From: an uncultured delta proteobacterium
GTDB taxonomy: Bacteria; Desulfobacterota; Binatia; HRBIN30; BPIQ01
DNA: 64,000 nucleotides
Assembly: GCA_963761335.1 (NCBI GenBank)
Contig: CAVXGR010000005.1
Location: 1-64,000 of the forward strand
Direction of reading: 5' to 3'
Shown: positions 1 to 9,797 of the stretch, piece after piece
Numbering within the stretch: the stretch's first letter is position 1
How the letters are laid out: every line of letters begins with the position of its first letter
Translations under genes and position numbers: made by a program
The notes under the pieces: generated by a model
What the model was told of the DNA's origin: nothing
What the model saw: only the letters and a program-made list of their open reading frames with translations
Database searches by the model: none

Positions 1-145
1 GGACCCGGCCTTTCTCGCCAAGATGTTCTCCGCCATGGATCAGGTCCTGCTCGCCCACTGGGTCGAAGGCGGCATGAAGGCCGACCGCACCGATCTTGTC
101 CGCCGCCTCGCGGCCATGGTCGAGCGCGCCTTCGGCCGGGGTTGA
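1..145 (+). CDS. 3' end of a gene running off the window start, probably a TetR-family C-terminal domain
   Basis: Frame DPAFLAKMFSAMDQVLLAHWVEGGMKADRTDLVRRLAAMVERAFGRG* ends at TGA 143-145; near-identical copy at 4030-4174. Confidence 0.55.
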   Translation, partial: DPAFLAKMFSAMDQVLLAHWVEGGMKADRTDLVRRLAAMVERAFGRG

Positions 146-198
146 ATCCGGGTCGACCAAGAGTTTCCCCGGCATAGAGGCAAAGATCAGGCGGAGCC

Positions 199-245
199 TT
201 GACATCGAGCAGCGCTCTGGATAGCTCTAGGTCGTTCATTCTAGA
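199..245 (+). promoter_or_regulatory. Possible sigma70 -35 box and imperfect palindromic operator upstream of the hsaA-like operon
   Basis: TTGACA at 199-204; TCTAG-N10-CTAGA at 226-245; -10 box weak. Confidence 0.3.
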
Positions 246-269
246 AAGAGCGACCAAGAAGAGGAGGTC

Positions 270-1439
270 ATGCACCAAGAGGTGTACCTGAAGAACGTTC
301 GTGCGCTCGTGCCAACCTTCCGCAGCCGAGCGGCGGAATGCGAATCCCTGCGACGGCTGCCTGACGAGACATTGGTCGAGTACCAGAAGAGCGGTCTCCT
401 CCGCGCCCTGCAACCACGCCGCTGGGGCGGTTTCGAGCTGAGTCCGCTGACTTTCTTCCAGGCCGCCATCGAGGTTGCGGCCGCGTGTCCATCGAGCGCG
501 TGGTTCCTCAGCGTGGTCGGGATCCACAACTGGCAACTCGGTCTTTTCCCGGAACAGGCGCAGAAGGATGTCTGGAGCAACGACACATCGGTCCTGATCA
601 GCTCTTCATATGCGCCGACCGGAAACGTCGAGCGCCTTGACGGCGGCTTCCGACTGTCAGGGCGTTGGTCGTTTTCAAGCGGTTGCGATCACTGCCAATG
701 GGTCTTCCTGGGCGGCGTCGCGCCGAGCGACGGTCCGCTGCCCGACATGCGAACCTTTCTCCTGCCGCGCTCGGACTACGAGATCATCGACAACTGGCAC
801 GTGACGGGGCTCTCTGGAACGGGCAGCAAGGACATTGTCGTCGAGGGCGCCTTCGTGCCCGAGCACCGCACGCACCGATTTGCCGATGCGTACATGCTCC
901 AGAACCCTGGCCAGGCCGTGAACAGCGGATCCATTTTCCGTCTGCCCTTCGGGTGCCTGTTCGCGTTCTGCATTTCGGTGCCCGCGATCGGCGCCGCGCG
1001 CGGCGCCCTCGACTCGTACCGCAGCTACATGCAGAAGAAGGTTGCTGCCTACGACGGGTCGAAGGTCGCCGACGATCCGTTTGCCCAGCGGCGACTCTCG
1101 GAGGCCGCCGTGGAGATCGACGCAGCCGAATCCGAGGTGCGCTCCACGTGGGGAACGATCTGCGCCTTGGCCGAGGCGGGCGATACGATCCCGCTGGAAC
1201 TTCGGGCACGTGCGCGCTGGGCCGCGGCCAACATCGTGCTGCGCGGCGTGCGAGCGGTCGATTTGCTCTTCGAAGCCAGCGGCGGGCGGGCGCTCTTCCT
1301 CGACAATCCGATCCAGCGCTACTTTCGTGACGTCCACGCCATGCGCGCGCACGCGCTGAACAATCCGGACAAGGCGTCGCAAATCTTCGGCTACAGCGAG
1401 TTGCATCCGGGCACGCCGCCGCCGGACTTCTTTTTGTAG
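270..1439 (+). CDS. hsaA: Flavin-dependent monooxygenase oxygenase subunit (acyl-CoA dehydrogenase fold), HsaA-like
   Basis: GLLRALQPRRWGG, SSSYAP, SGRWSFSSGCDH, GTGSKD, QRYFRDVHA motifs; GAGGAGG RBS; adjacent to an extradiol dioxygenase. Confidence 0.85.
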   Translation: MHQEVYLKNVRALVPTFRSRAAECESLRRLPDETLVEYQKSGLLRALQPRRWGGFELSPLTFFQAAIEVAAACPSSAWFLSVVGIHNWQLGLFPEQAQKDVWSNDTSVLISSSYAPTGNVERLDGGFRLSGRWSFSSGCDHCQWVFLGGVAPSDGPLPDMRTFLLPRSDYEIIDNWHVTGLSGTGSKDIVVEGAFVPEHRTHRFADAYMLQNPGQAVNSGSIFRLPFGCLFAFCISVPAIGAARGALDSYRSYMQKKVAAYDGSKVADDPFAQRRLSEAAVEIDAAESEVRSTWGTICALAEAGDTIPLELRARARWAAANIVLRGVRAVDLLFEASGGRALFLDNPIQRYFRDVHAMRAHALNNPDKASQIFGYSELHPGTPPPDFFL

Positions 1440-1459
1440 GCGAACAAGGGAGAACGCGA

Positions 1460-2350
1460 ATGACGGGAATCTCACGACTGGGATACCTCGGGTTCGAGGT
1501 GAGCGATCTGTTCGCATGGGAGCGGTTCGCCGTCGATATCCTCGGTCTGGCGGTTTCGGACCGACGACCGGACGGCAGTCTCGCCCTGCGCATGGACGAC
1601 CAGGCGCAGCGCATCGTCCTCCATCCGGGACCGCATGACGATCTCCTGTACATCGGCTTCGAGGTGGAGAACGACGCGTCGCTCCAGCGCCTCTCGGACA
1701 GCCTCTCCGAGGCGGGCTTCTCCACCACCAAAGCCGGTGACGAGGAGGCGCGCGCGCGCCGGGTTGCACGCGTGCACCAGGTGGAGGATCCCAACGGCGT
1801 CAGCATCGAGCTGTTCTGCGGCCCCGACCGCTCGAGCGAGCCATTCCGATCGACGCTCGTACCCTCCGGCTTCGTCACCGGCAATGAGGGACTCGGCCAC
1901 GTCGTCTTCGGGACGATGGACGCGCAGGCCACCGAGAGGTTCTACCGAGAGCTGCTTGGCATGCGTCTCTCCGATCGGATTGAAACCGAGCTGGCACCCG
2001 GATTCCCCCTCCGCATAACCTTTCTCCACGCCAACCCGCGGCACCACACAGTGGCCTTCGCCGCCGCGCCGACGCCGAAACGAATCCATCATTTCATGCT
2101 GGAGGTCGTCGCAATGGATGATGTGGGGCACGCATACGATCGCGCTCTCAAGGCTGGCGTGCCGATTGCCCGTACACTCGGCCGGCACCCCAATGATCAC
2201 ATGTTCTCCTTCTATGCGCAGACGCCCTCCGGATTCGAAGCCGAATTCGGCTGGGGTGGTCGCAAGGTCGACGACGCAAGTTGGGAAGTCGGTCACTACG
2301 ATCGCATGAGCACCTGGGGTCATCATCTCCCGGGCTCGATCGCAGGATAA
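1460..2350 (+). CDS. hsaC: Extradiol ring-cleavage dioxygenase (VOC family, HsaC/BphC-like)
   Basis: LGYLGFEVSD, GLGHVV, NPRHHTVA, IHHFMLEV, LGRHPNDHMFSFY, FEAEFGWGG motifs. Confidence 0.88.
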   Translation: MTGISRLGYLGFEVSDLFAWERFAVDILGLAVSDRRPDGSLALRMDDQAQRIVLHPGPHDDLLYIGFEVENDASLQRLSDSLSEAGFSTTKAGDEEARARRVARVHQVEDPNGVSIELFCGPDRSSEPFRSTLVPSGFVTGNEGLGHVVFGTMDAQATERFYRELLGMRLSDRIETELAPGFPLRITFLHANPRHHTVAFAAAPTPKRIHHFMLEVVAMDDVGHAYDRALKAGVPIARTLGRHPNDHMFSFYAQTPSGFEAEFGWGGRKVDDASWEVGHYDRMSTWGHHLPGSIAG

Positions 2351-2351
2351 C

Positions 2352-3017
2352 ATGCGCGACGGCAGCGCCGCACGCAAGCTGTCGCGTCGCGAACAGCTCG
2401 GCGTCGAGTCGCGTCGCAGAATCGTCGACGCCGCTGCCGCGCTGATGGCCGAGCACGGCTTCGCGGGGACGAGTATCGCCGCCGTGAGCAAACGGTCGGG
2501 TCTACCCTCGGGCTCGATCTACTGGCACTTCGAGAGCAAGGAGGCGCTCCTTGGCGCGGTCGTCGAGGAAGGTGCGCGGCGCTGGTTCGACTCGCTACAG
2601 GTGAGCGGCAACCTATCCAACGATCCGGCGGGTCGCGCCGCTGCGTTGCTGGAAGCCGCCGCGACCTCTCTCGAAAAGCAGCCGGAGTTCCTGCGCCTCC
2701 TGTTGCTGATCGCCCTCGAGCGCCGCGAAGTCGACGAGACGTCGCTCGCAGTCATTCGTCGAGTGCGCGCGCTCGCGCTGCAGCACATCCGCAATCTGGT
2801 GACGGCCATGCTCGGCGCCTTTGATCAGAAACGAGCGAACCGGTTGGCCGAGGAGTTCGCGCGATTGGTCCTCTGTGTGGCCGACGGCGCCTTTGTGGCG
2901 CATCACCTCGATCCCGAGCAGACCGATATTCGAGGATTCTTCGACCTTTTACGACGCGCGCTGGCCGCACTGGCCCGCGAGATCCTCGAGACGCCGACCA
3001 ACAAGAGGAGATCATGA
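2352..3017 (+). CDS. TetR/AcrR family transcriptional regulator
   Basis: N-terminal HTH GFAGTSIAAVSKRSGLPSGSIYWHFESKEAL. Confidence 0.92.
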   Translation: MRDGSAARKLSRREQLGVESRRRIVDAAAALMAEHGFAGTSIAAVSKRSGLPSGSIYWHFESKEALLGAVVEEGARRWFDSLQVSGNLSNDPAGRAAALLEAAATSLEKQPEFLRLLLLIALERREVDETSLAVIRRVRALALQHIRNLVTAMLGAFDQKRANRLAEEFARLVLCVADGAFVAHHLDPEQTDIRGFFDLLRRALAALAREILETPTNKRRS

Positions 3018-3082
3018 ACGGCGCCGAAAGCCTGATGCATGCCGCTCGCAACGCGCGTATCGACGTGTGCTTCGCCAACCCG
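3014..3082 (+). pseudogene. 5' stub of an acetolactate synthase-like (ThDP enzyme) gene
   Basis: MNGAESLMHAARNARIDVCFANP matches the typical MNGAESL...VCFANPGTSE start; similarity stops after ~23 codons; start overlaps the TetR stop (ATGA). Confidence 0.65.
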
Positions 3083-3285
3083 CAGCCCGAGTCTGCGACC
3101 GCGTCCGGTGCCAGGAGCGCCGCGAAGGCCGAGAGGTCGCCGCCGGGGGCCATGCCGTCGCTCGCCGGCGGAACCGGCAGCGGTGCCACGGAGGATGCTG
3201 CCCTCGGCGCACGGCCCCCCCGCGGAAGAGACGAGGGATAGCTCAGCACGTAGTGCCTCAATTCATTTCGGGCCGTTCGGCGTCG

Positions 3286-3427
3286 CCCTCTCCCGCATTG
3301 CCTGCGGGAGAGGGGCAGGGGTGAGGGTGCCGATCTTCTTTGGAGGTGCGTAGTCAACGACGAGCTTTCAGGGAACAGAAAGGGACCCCTCAACCTGACC
3401 TCTCCCCGCGGAAGTGCGGGGAGAGGG
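3286..3427. repeat. Inverted pair of CCCTC(A)...CTCTCCC/GGGAGAGGG REP-like hairpins
   Basis: ccctctcccgcattgcctgcgggagagggg...gtgaggg (3286-3327) and cccctcaacctgacctctccccgc...gcggggagaggg (3386-3427); same family at 19414 and 48035. Confidence 0.7.
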
Positions 3428-3542
3428 ACCTGGTGCCCACGCGTCGGAATCAAACTGATACACTACCCATCAGCATATCCTCTTGACATTCACAGGCTCG
3501 CAAGGGAGGGTTGCCGAACACGCCGAGCGGGTGGCAGGCACG

Positions 3543-4012
3543 ACCGGGGTCGGAACTCTGCAAGTATCGGTTTTCACGCCCCTTCGTGTCGAATCGGGGG
3601 CTTCATTTTCCTCTTAGCGCGGCCATTTCGGGGGCAGAATGGCGATTGTAAGCCGATTGCGCATCGCGCAGGAGATTGAGATCGCCGCGAGGCTCAACCT
3701 GCCGACGGAGCGCTCGGGGCCCCAGGTCCGTCGTGACCCGCTCGATGAATTCGCGACCGCCGACTGCGATACTCTCGCTCCACTCGGCCGTGCGCCCCGG
3801 TACGCCTGTCCGCCAGAGCACCCGTCTACAGTGGCAGCGGTGCGCGATATGCCAGACGTAGCCCGGAAGGTGATGACGATTGGCGCGGGGCATCTCTCTC
3901 CTCCTTGAATGGCCCGTTTCGCACCCAAAATGGGTGCGCTAAGCACGATTGAGTCGCCCCTCAGACGAGATTGTCAAGCATCTTTGGGGGGTTGGCCAGG
4001 TCCGACCCCGAT
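3543..4012 (-). mobile_element. Internally deleted RAYT/Y1 element (non-autonomous copy) with terminal inverted repeats
   Basis: Ends accggggtcggaact (3543-3557) and aggtccgaccccgat (3998-4012); flanks homologous to those of the 7035-7974 element. Confidence 0.75.
3603..3893 (-). pseudogene. Deleted REP-associated tyrosine transposase
   Basis: N-terminus MPRANRHHLPGYVWHIAHRCH fused to C-terminus EWSESIAVGG...LRGK; HUH and catalytic Tyr regions of the 7094-7855 copy are missing. Confidence 0.85.
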
Positions 4013-4174
4013 CCCGCGGTGCATTACGAGGACCCGGCCTTTCTCGCCAAGATGTTCTCCGCCATGGATCAGGTCCTGCTCGCCCACTGGGTCGAGGGCG
4101 GCATGAAGACCGACCGCGCCGATCTCGTCCGCCGCCTCGCGGCCATGGTCGAGCGCGCCTTCGGGCGGGGCTGA
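4013..4174 (+). pseudogene. 5'-truncated duplicate of the gene ending at 145
   Basis: 4030-4174 differs from 1-145 at 6 of 145 positions (manual count); begins directly at the element end. Confidence 0.75.
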
Positions 4175-4295
4175 GTCCGCGCGAGAAAACGCAAAGCCGC
4201 AGAGGCGCAAAGCCCGACGACCAAGCGCGACTGCCCCGTGGGAGCGCGGCCATCCTGGCCGCTACGTTGGAGGCGTCCGATATTCAGGCGTTTCG

Positions 4296-7034
4296 TCAAA
4301 TCTGGCCTTTGTGCGGCCTATCCGCTCGGCGCCAGAGCCACACTCCGGCGAGTGACACGAGCAGGCACGCGAGAACAAAGAGTCCCCATGGCGATGCCGC
4401 CGGCGCCTCCACCCCTCCCGTCGCCGGTCCGCTGGGGTCGACGATCATCCCATCGCTCGCCGGTGTGTCGTCGCCAAGCTGGCCGTTCGTCAAGGTGAAG
4501 GTCACCGTTGTCACCAACGGGCCCGTTCCCGCGGGAATCTGCCTCATGCCGAAAGTCGCTCCCGGCAGCGTGTAGAACACCGAGAGATTGAAAGACGGCG
4601 GCGTGGGTCCGTACTTCCGGTACACGTTGACTGGAGTGTTCGTGGGCGAATGGAAGATGAGAGTGACGGTGGCCTGAGTCGCACAGTCGAGCGTGAAGCC
4701 CACCAGGCCGTACGGGTAGTCGAAGCCGATGTCCTCGCCCTCATCCGACTCGGTCACCGCATGGACGTTCTGCAGCTCGCTGCAACCGCCTTGGCCGGGC
4801 GGTACCTCCAGCGTCAGATAGCCGAGACCGGTCGCCGCGGGTAGCGACGTGACGTTCGCCTGCTCGCTGTCCAGCGTCCCGTCTCCGTTTCCGTCGCCTC
4901 CGTTCGGTCCCGCATCCTCGATCGTATTCAGCACCCCGTCGCCGTCGTTGTCAGGGACCGTGGGGCTCGGCGTCGACGTCGGCGTGGTGGTGGGCGTCTG
5001 CGTGGGAGTTGATGTCGGCGTCGACGTGGGGGTGATCGTCGGCGTCGAGGTCGGCGTGCTCGTCGGCGTCAATGTAGGCGTCTGCGTTGGCGTCTGGGTC
5101 GGCGTCGACGTGGGCGTTTCCGTGGGCGTCTCCGTCAGCGGCGGAGGAACCTCGACGGCGCCGATGTCGCAAGCGGAGCCGACCGGACGCGCTCCGCCGC
5201 GCTGATCGACCATCTCGGCGCAGCTTCCCGCCGTGTCGATCGCGGGCGAGCCCATCTGCGGCAACAAGGTCTCCGTGAACCCGCCGTTGTCGGCGAGCGG
5301 ACCCAGCGTCGGATCCATGCTCGTCACGTCGTGACCTGCGCCGAATGTGCACGCGCCTGCGGTCTCGACGAGATTGTAGTCGTTGCTGGTGACGTCGGCG
5401 GAGGCAATGTCGCTCGAGCTGAAGTCGCAGTCGGCGGTCATCGCCGATGCCCCGTCGATGCTGTCCGCGAGAATCGTTCCCATGAGCGTGATGCTCGCAG
5501 CGGGATACGTGAACCCGTAGCCGGTGATGCCAGGGTCCTGTCGGCGATTGTAGATCGCACCACCCTCGGCGCTGCCGTTGGTCCCGCCCGAGCCGGCGAT
5601 CACCTGATTCGAGTCGAGCGTGCACTGGGTAAGCGTCACGGTGCCGTCGACGTTGAAGATCGCGCCGCCCAGGCCGCTGCCACCGGTCGCGTTCGGCGCA
5701 TCGCCGCCCTGTGCGACGTTCCCATACAAGGTCGAGTTGACGCACGAGACCGAGCCCGTGTGATTGAAGATCGCGCCGCCCATGCCCGCACCAGCGCCGG
5801 CATCGGTCTTGGTTGCGGCGCCGCCGCCAAAGCCCCCGGCACCGCCGGAGCCGCTCGAATACACGGTGTCGTTGGGGGCGCCGCCGCCGCCGCCGAAGCC
5901 GCCACCGCCGCCGGTATAGCCGCCACCGCCACCACCGCCGCCGCCGAAGCCGCCGGCACCTGCGCCGAGGGTGTGCTCAGCTGCGCCACCACCGCCGCCG
6001 ATGCCGCCGCCACTGCCGTTGCCGCTGAAGCTACCTCCGCCAGCGATACCCCCTAATCCGAATACGGCGCCGGGAGGACCGGCTACGGGAGGAATGCTGA
6101 TTTGATCAGTTCCGCCACCACCGCCGCCGTCTTTGCCGTAGCCCAGAGTTGGGACCGTAAAGAACGACCCGCCGGTGCCGCCGGTGGTGCCAAAGCCACC
6201 GCCATCGCCGCCGTAGCTAGCGCCGATCGGAGCGTCGTAGCCGTTGGCCACGCCGAAGCCTGCCCCACCGCCGCTGCCCTCGTAGTCAGCACCGTTGCCG
6301 CCGACTCCGCCGCCGTAGCCGCCGGCGATCGGTCCCGAACCGCCAAACCCGCCGCCACGACTGCCCTGTGCGTCTTCGCCGATGCCGCCGCCGCTGCTGC
6401 TCAGGCCGCTGACCGAAGCATCGCCGCCGCGCGCCTTGTTCTGCGACAAGAGAACGCCGCTCAGCTCGAGCGTGCCCTGGTTGAAGATCGCACCGCCCAT
6501 GCCGGCGCCACCGCCGCCGCCGGAAGAGTCACCGCCTTTGGCCCAGCCGCCGGAGAGGGTGAGATTCTCGAGCACCAACCACCCGTCTTGCCATGCATCC
6601 GTCAAACGGTGACGCGGGACGAAGAAGAGCCGGAAGTTGGTACCCGCCGTGTCGCGCTCGATGGTCGCGCCCTGCCCATCGATGGTGATCTTGCCGTTGA
6701 TCGGCGGCAGGCCGTTCGGGCCGTACCACCAGTTGTCGACCGCGTTGAGTGTGATCGTCGCTTCCGTCGGCAGCGTGATCACGTCGTTGGCGCGGGTGTT
6801 GTTGGCGATGCAGGTGGCTTCGCGCAAGGTGAGATTGCTGCCGCCGCCGGCGAGAGCTGCCAGGCTTGCGCCGCCGCCCGGCAGGCATTGCTCCTGGGTG
6901 AACGAATTGGTGCCGCCGGTGTCGGTGACGGTCAGCGCGTTGAAGTAACCGTCGTCGTCGAAGATCGTGCCGATCTCGACCAGCGTCGGCACCGGAACCC
7001 CGTCGAGCACCAGGGCCACGTTGTTGGTGGACTC
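4296..7034 (-). pseudogene. 5'-truncated Gly-rich surface protein: beta-helix/choice-of-anchor Q, Thr-Pro linker, choice-of-anchor U domain, IPTL-CTERM-like anchor
   Basis: LGPLADNGGFTET...SPAID...DQRG..RP...CDIGAVE; GDGNGDG...YPYGLVGF...YRKYGP...IVDPSGP; C-terminal APAASPWGLFVLACLL...WLWRR; no signal peptide, and the frame runs into the element end at 7035. Confidence 0.75.
4957..5140 (-). repeat. Thr-Pro (TPTx) coding repeat linker
   Basis: TETPTETPTSTPTQTPTQTPTLTPTS... Confidence 0.85.
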
Positions 7035-7974
7035 ATCGGGGTCGGACCTCTGCAAGTATCTGGTTTCACGGCACTTCGCGTCGAATCGGAGCCTCATTTT
7101 CCTCTTAGCCCAGCCATTTCGGCGTCCGAACGGCGGCTGTAAGGCCATTGCGGATCGCGTAGGACGTTGAGCTCGCCGCGGAGCTCAACCTGCCGATGGA
7201 GGGCTCGGGGCCCCAAGTCCATCCCGACCCGCTCGACGAAGTCGCGACCGCCGACCGCGACGCTCTCGCTCCATTCGGGAACGCGCGCCGGCGCGCCTTC
7301 CACCAGCGCCGCCTCGATCCATTCTCGATGCGCCTTCGCCAGTCGCGATGCGGGCTCGACACCGAGCACCTCGGCAAGCGCAGTGCGGTCGACAATCCGG
7401 TAGCGCGCCGGCGCCATCTGAATCTCGTGGTACCCTGCGGACCGCCATTCCACCGGATGCCGGACGACGCCGGCGCGCACCATGTTGAGGTCGATGTACA
7501 GCACGCATCGCACCAGGTGCTCGCCGTTCTCGATTGCCGTGGCGTGATAGCGATCCTCCCAGAACGCACCGCGGCGCCCCCTGCGGTCGTTGTACGCCTG
7601 AGCGGTGCGGCCGGCGACCAGCTGCAGGCTGCGCGCGATCTCGCCCCGCCCCCGGTCGCGGACGAGTAGGTGGATGTGATTCGAGGTCACGGCGTAATCG
7701 AGAACGCACAGCCCGTATCGCTTATGAGCCGCATAAAGCCAGCGGATCCACGCCCGGCGATCGCGATCGAACTTCAGCAGAAACTGCCTGCGGTGGCAGC
7801 GGTGCGTGACGTGCCAGACATAGCCTGGAAGGTAATGGCGATTGGCGCGGGGCATTGCTCTCCTCCTTGAGAGGCCCATTTCACACCTGAAATGGGTGGG
7901 CTAGGCGCGAAAGAGACGCCTTGCGCAGGAGATTGTCAAGCATCTTTCGGGGCTTGGTGAGGTCCGACCCCGAT
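7035..7974 (-). mobile_element. RAYT/Y1 HUH transposase element with perfect 15-bp terminal inverted repeats
   Basis: ATCGGGGTCGGACCT (7035-7049) / AGGTCCGACCCCGAT (7960-7974); no target-site duplication visible. Confidence 0.8.
7094..7855 (-). CDS. REP-associated tyrosine transposase (Y1_Tnp, HUH)
   Basis: MPR start with AGGAGG RBS; WHVTHRC, SNHIHLL (HUH), FWEDRY, YIDLNMVRAG (catalytic Tyr). Confidence 0.9.
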   Translation of the reverse strand: MPRANRHYLPGYVWHVTHRCHRRQFLLKFDRDRRAWIRWLYAAHKRYGLCVLDYAVTSNHIHLLVRDRGRGEIARSLQLVAGRTAQAYNDRRGRRGAFWEDRYHATAIENGEHLVRCVLYIDLNMVRAGVVRHPVEWRSAGYHEIQMAPARYRIVDRTALAEVLGVEPASRLAKAHREWIEAALVEGAPARVPEWSESVAVGGRDFVERVGMDLGPRALHRQVELRGELNVLRDPQWPYSRRSDAEMAGLRGK

Positions 7975-8090
7975 TTCAACAGAAAGCTCGGCCTCGGCCT
8001 CGGCCGTCGGCGTGCCACGTTGGCATTCTTCCCGACGCCATTCTAAGAGGGGCAGATGCTTCGAGGTGTAGAGGGAGGATCTTCCGGCGC

Positions 8091-8459
8091 ATGATCAAGC
8101 TCGTGTTTTGCGCTCGCCGCCTGCCCCAGCTGACACGGGACGCGTTCCAGCACTACTGGCGCGAAACGCACGGGCCCATGGTGCGCGCCAACGCCGCGGC
8201 GCTGCGCATCCGCCGCTACGTGCAGCTGCACACCTTGGAGACGCCGGTGAATGACGCCCTGCGCGCCAGTCGCGGCGGCCCGGAAGCGTTCGACGGCGTC
8301 GCCGAGCTGTGGTGGGACAGTCTCGACGACCTGCAGGCGGCGGTGGCGACTGCTGCAGGACAGCGGGCCGGGCAGCTGCTGCTCGAGGACGAGCGCCGTT
8401 TCATCGACCTCGCCCACTCGCCGTTGTGGGTCGGCGAAGAGCACGAGATCATCCGCTGA
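8091..8459 (+). CDS. EthD-domain protein
   Basis: IKLVFCARR...FQHYWRETHGP...RRYVQLH...FDGVAELWWD...EDERRFID. Confidence 0.85.
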   Translation: MIKLVFCARRLPQLTRDAFQHYWRETHGPMVRANAAALRIRRYVQLHTLETPVNDALRASRGGPEAFDGVAELWWDSLDDLQAAVATAAGQRAGQLLLEDERRFIDLAHSPLWVGEEHEIIR

Positions 8460-8518
8460 GTTCTCCACGTCCGGGGATACCGCTTTGCGTTTCATCTCCG
8501 CCGGACTAGGGTTGCAAC

Positions 8519-8971
8519 ATGAACCCACTCGTCGAGTCGTTATTTGGCCCTTTGCTCACCGTGCACCAGTGGCTCTACGAGCACAGCGACGGGCGCATCG
8601 GCGCCAGCCTCGGCGGCCGGCCGATGCTGCTCCTGCGCACCGTCGGGCGCCGCAGCGGCCAGCCCCGCACCGCGGCGCTGCTCTACGTGCCCGACGGCGA
8701 CGCCTACGTGGTGATCGCCTCGAAGGGCGGTGCCCCCCAGCACCCGGGGTGGTTCCACAACCTCACCGCCCAGCCCGACGTGGAAATCCAGGTGGGACGC
8801 GAGCGCATCCCGGTGCGCGCCCGGGTCGCCGAAGGCGAAGAGCGCTCCCGGCTGTGGGCCCGCGCCGACCAGGTCAACCAGGGCCAGTACGACGTCTACC
8901 AGTCGCGCACAAAGCGGGTGATCCCGGTCGTGGTGCTCGAGCGCCGCCCGCGAGCGGCCGCTGCGCAGTAG
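8519..8971 (+). CDS. Deazaflavin (F420H2)-dependent nitroreductase/quinone reductase (Ddn family)
   Basis: LLLRTVGRRSGQPR, VIASKGGAPQHPGWFHNL, YQSRTKRVIPVVVL. Confidence 0.88.
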   Translation: MNPLVESLFGPLLTVHQWLYEHSDGRIGASLGGRPMLLLRTVGRRSGQPRTAALLYVPDGDAYVVIASKGGAPQHPGWFHNLTAQPDVEIQVGRERIPVRARVAEGEERSRLWARADQVNQGQYDVYQSRTKRVIPVVVLERRPRAAAAQ

Positions 8972-9062
8972 CCGCCGGCTTCTCCTGCGACGCCGCGGAA
9001 GCCTCCTCCTCGAGCCCCGGGGAGGGTTGCGCGAGCCGCCGCGCTGAGACATCAACGAGGCC

Positions 9063-9740
9063 GTGACTGAGGACGACTCAGCGGGCAGGCCCGCCGGCGG
9101 CGCACCGTCGGCGACGCGCAACGACTTGCAGCTGGCCCGGCGCCTCTTTCATTTCGTCAACGGGGCGTCGGTTGCCACCGCGTACGCACTGCTCTTCACC
9201 CACGAGCAGGTGGTCCGCATCTTCGGGGCGATCGCCTGTGTGGTCTACATCGCCGACCGCATCCGCATCGCCTACCCGGAAACCATTGCCCGTCACGCAC
9301 CCTGGGTGAACCGAACCCTGGTTCGCGCCGAGGAACAGGTCCTCGAGTCGGCGATGATCCCTTTCGTGATCGCCGTGCTGCTGACCATCATCACGGTGCC
9401 GAAGCTCGCCGCGCTGATCGCCATCTACACCCTCGCGGCCGCCGATCCGATGGCGGCCATCGTCGGTATTCGCTTCGGCCGCCGGCACATCAGCGTCAAC
9501 CGCACCCTCGAGGGCTCACTGACCTTCTTCGTGGTGACGCTGGCGATTGGAGCTCTCGTGTTTCGCTGGGGCACGCAGGCGCCCGCGTCCACGATCGGCC
9601 TCGCGGCGGCGTCCATCGCTCTCATCGCCACCATCTGCGAGGTCGTGCCGCTTCGCATCGACGACAACCTGACGATTCCAATCTTCGTCGGCTTCGCTGC
9701 CTGGGCGGTCGCCGTGCTCTTCGGTGTGCCGCTGGGCTGA
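9063..9740 (+). CDS. Phytol/dolichol kinase-like (CTP-transferase family) membrane protein
   Basis: RRLFH, ADPMAAIVGIRFG, RTLEGS, IDDNLTIP; multiple TM helices. Confidence 0.8.
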   Translation: MTEDDSAGRPAGGAPSATRNDLQLARRLFHFVNGASVATAYALLFTHEQVVRIFGAIACVVYIADRIRIAYPETIARHAPWVNRTLVRAEEQVLESAMIPFVIAVLLTIITVPKLAALIAIYTLAAADPMAAIVGIRFGRRHISVNRTLEGSLTFFVVTLAIGALVFRWGTQAPASTIGLAAASIALIATICEVVPLRIDDNLTIPIFVGFAAWAVAVLFGVPLG

Positions 9741-9797
9741 AGGTCGCTCTCAGACGGTGCGAGATCGAAGCCCCACGGGCCAAGAGCCAGTTGTACG

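Noticed and set aside
7035..7148. N-terminal 38 aa of the 950-aa ORF (4296..7148)
   Set aside because: It is read-through into the RAYT element end and overlaps the transposase 3' end; not a real start
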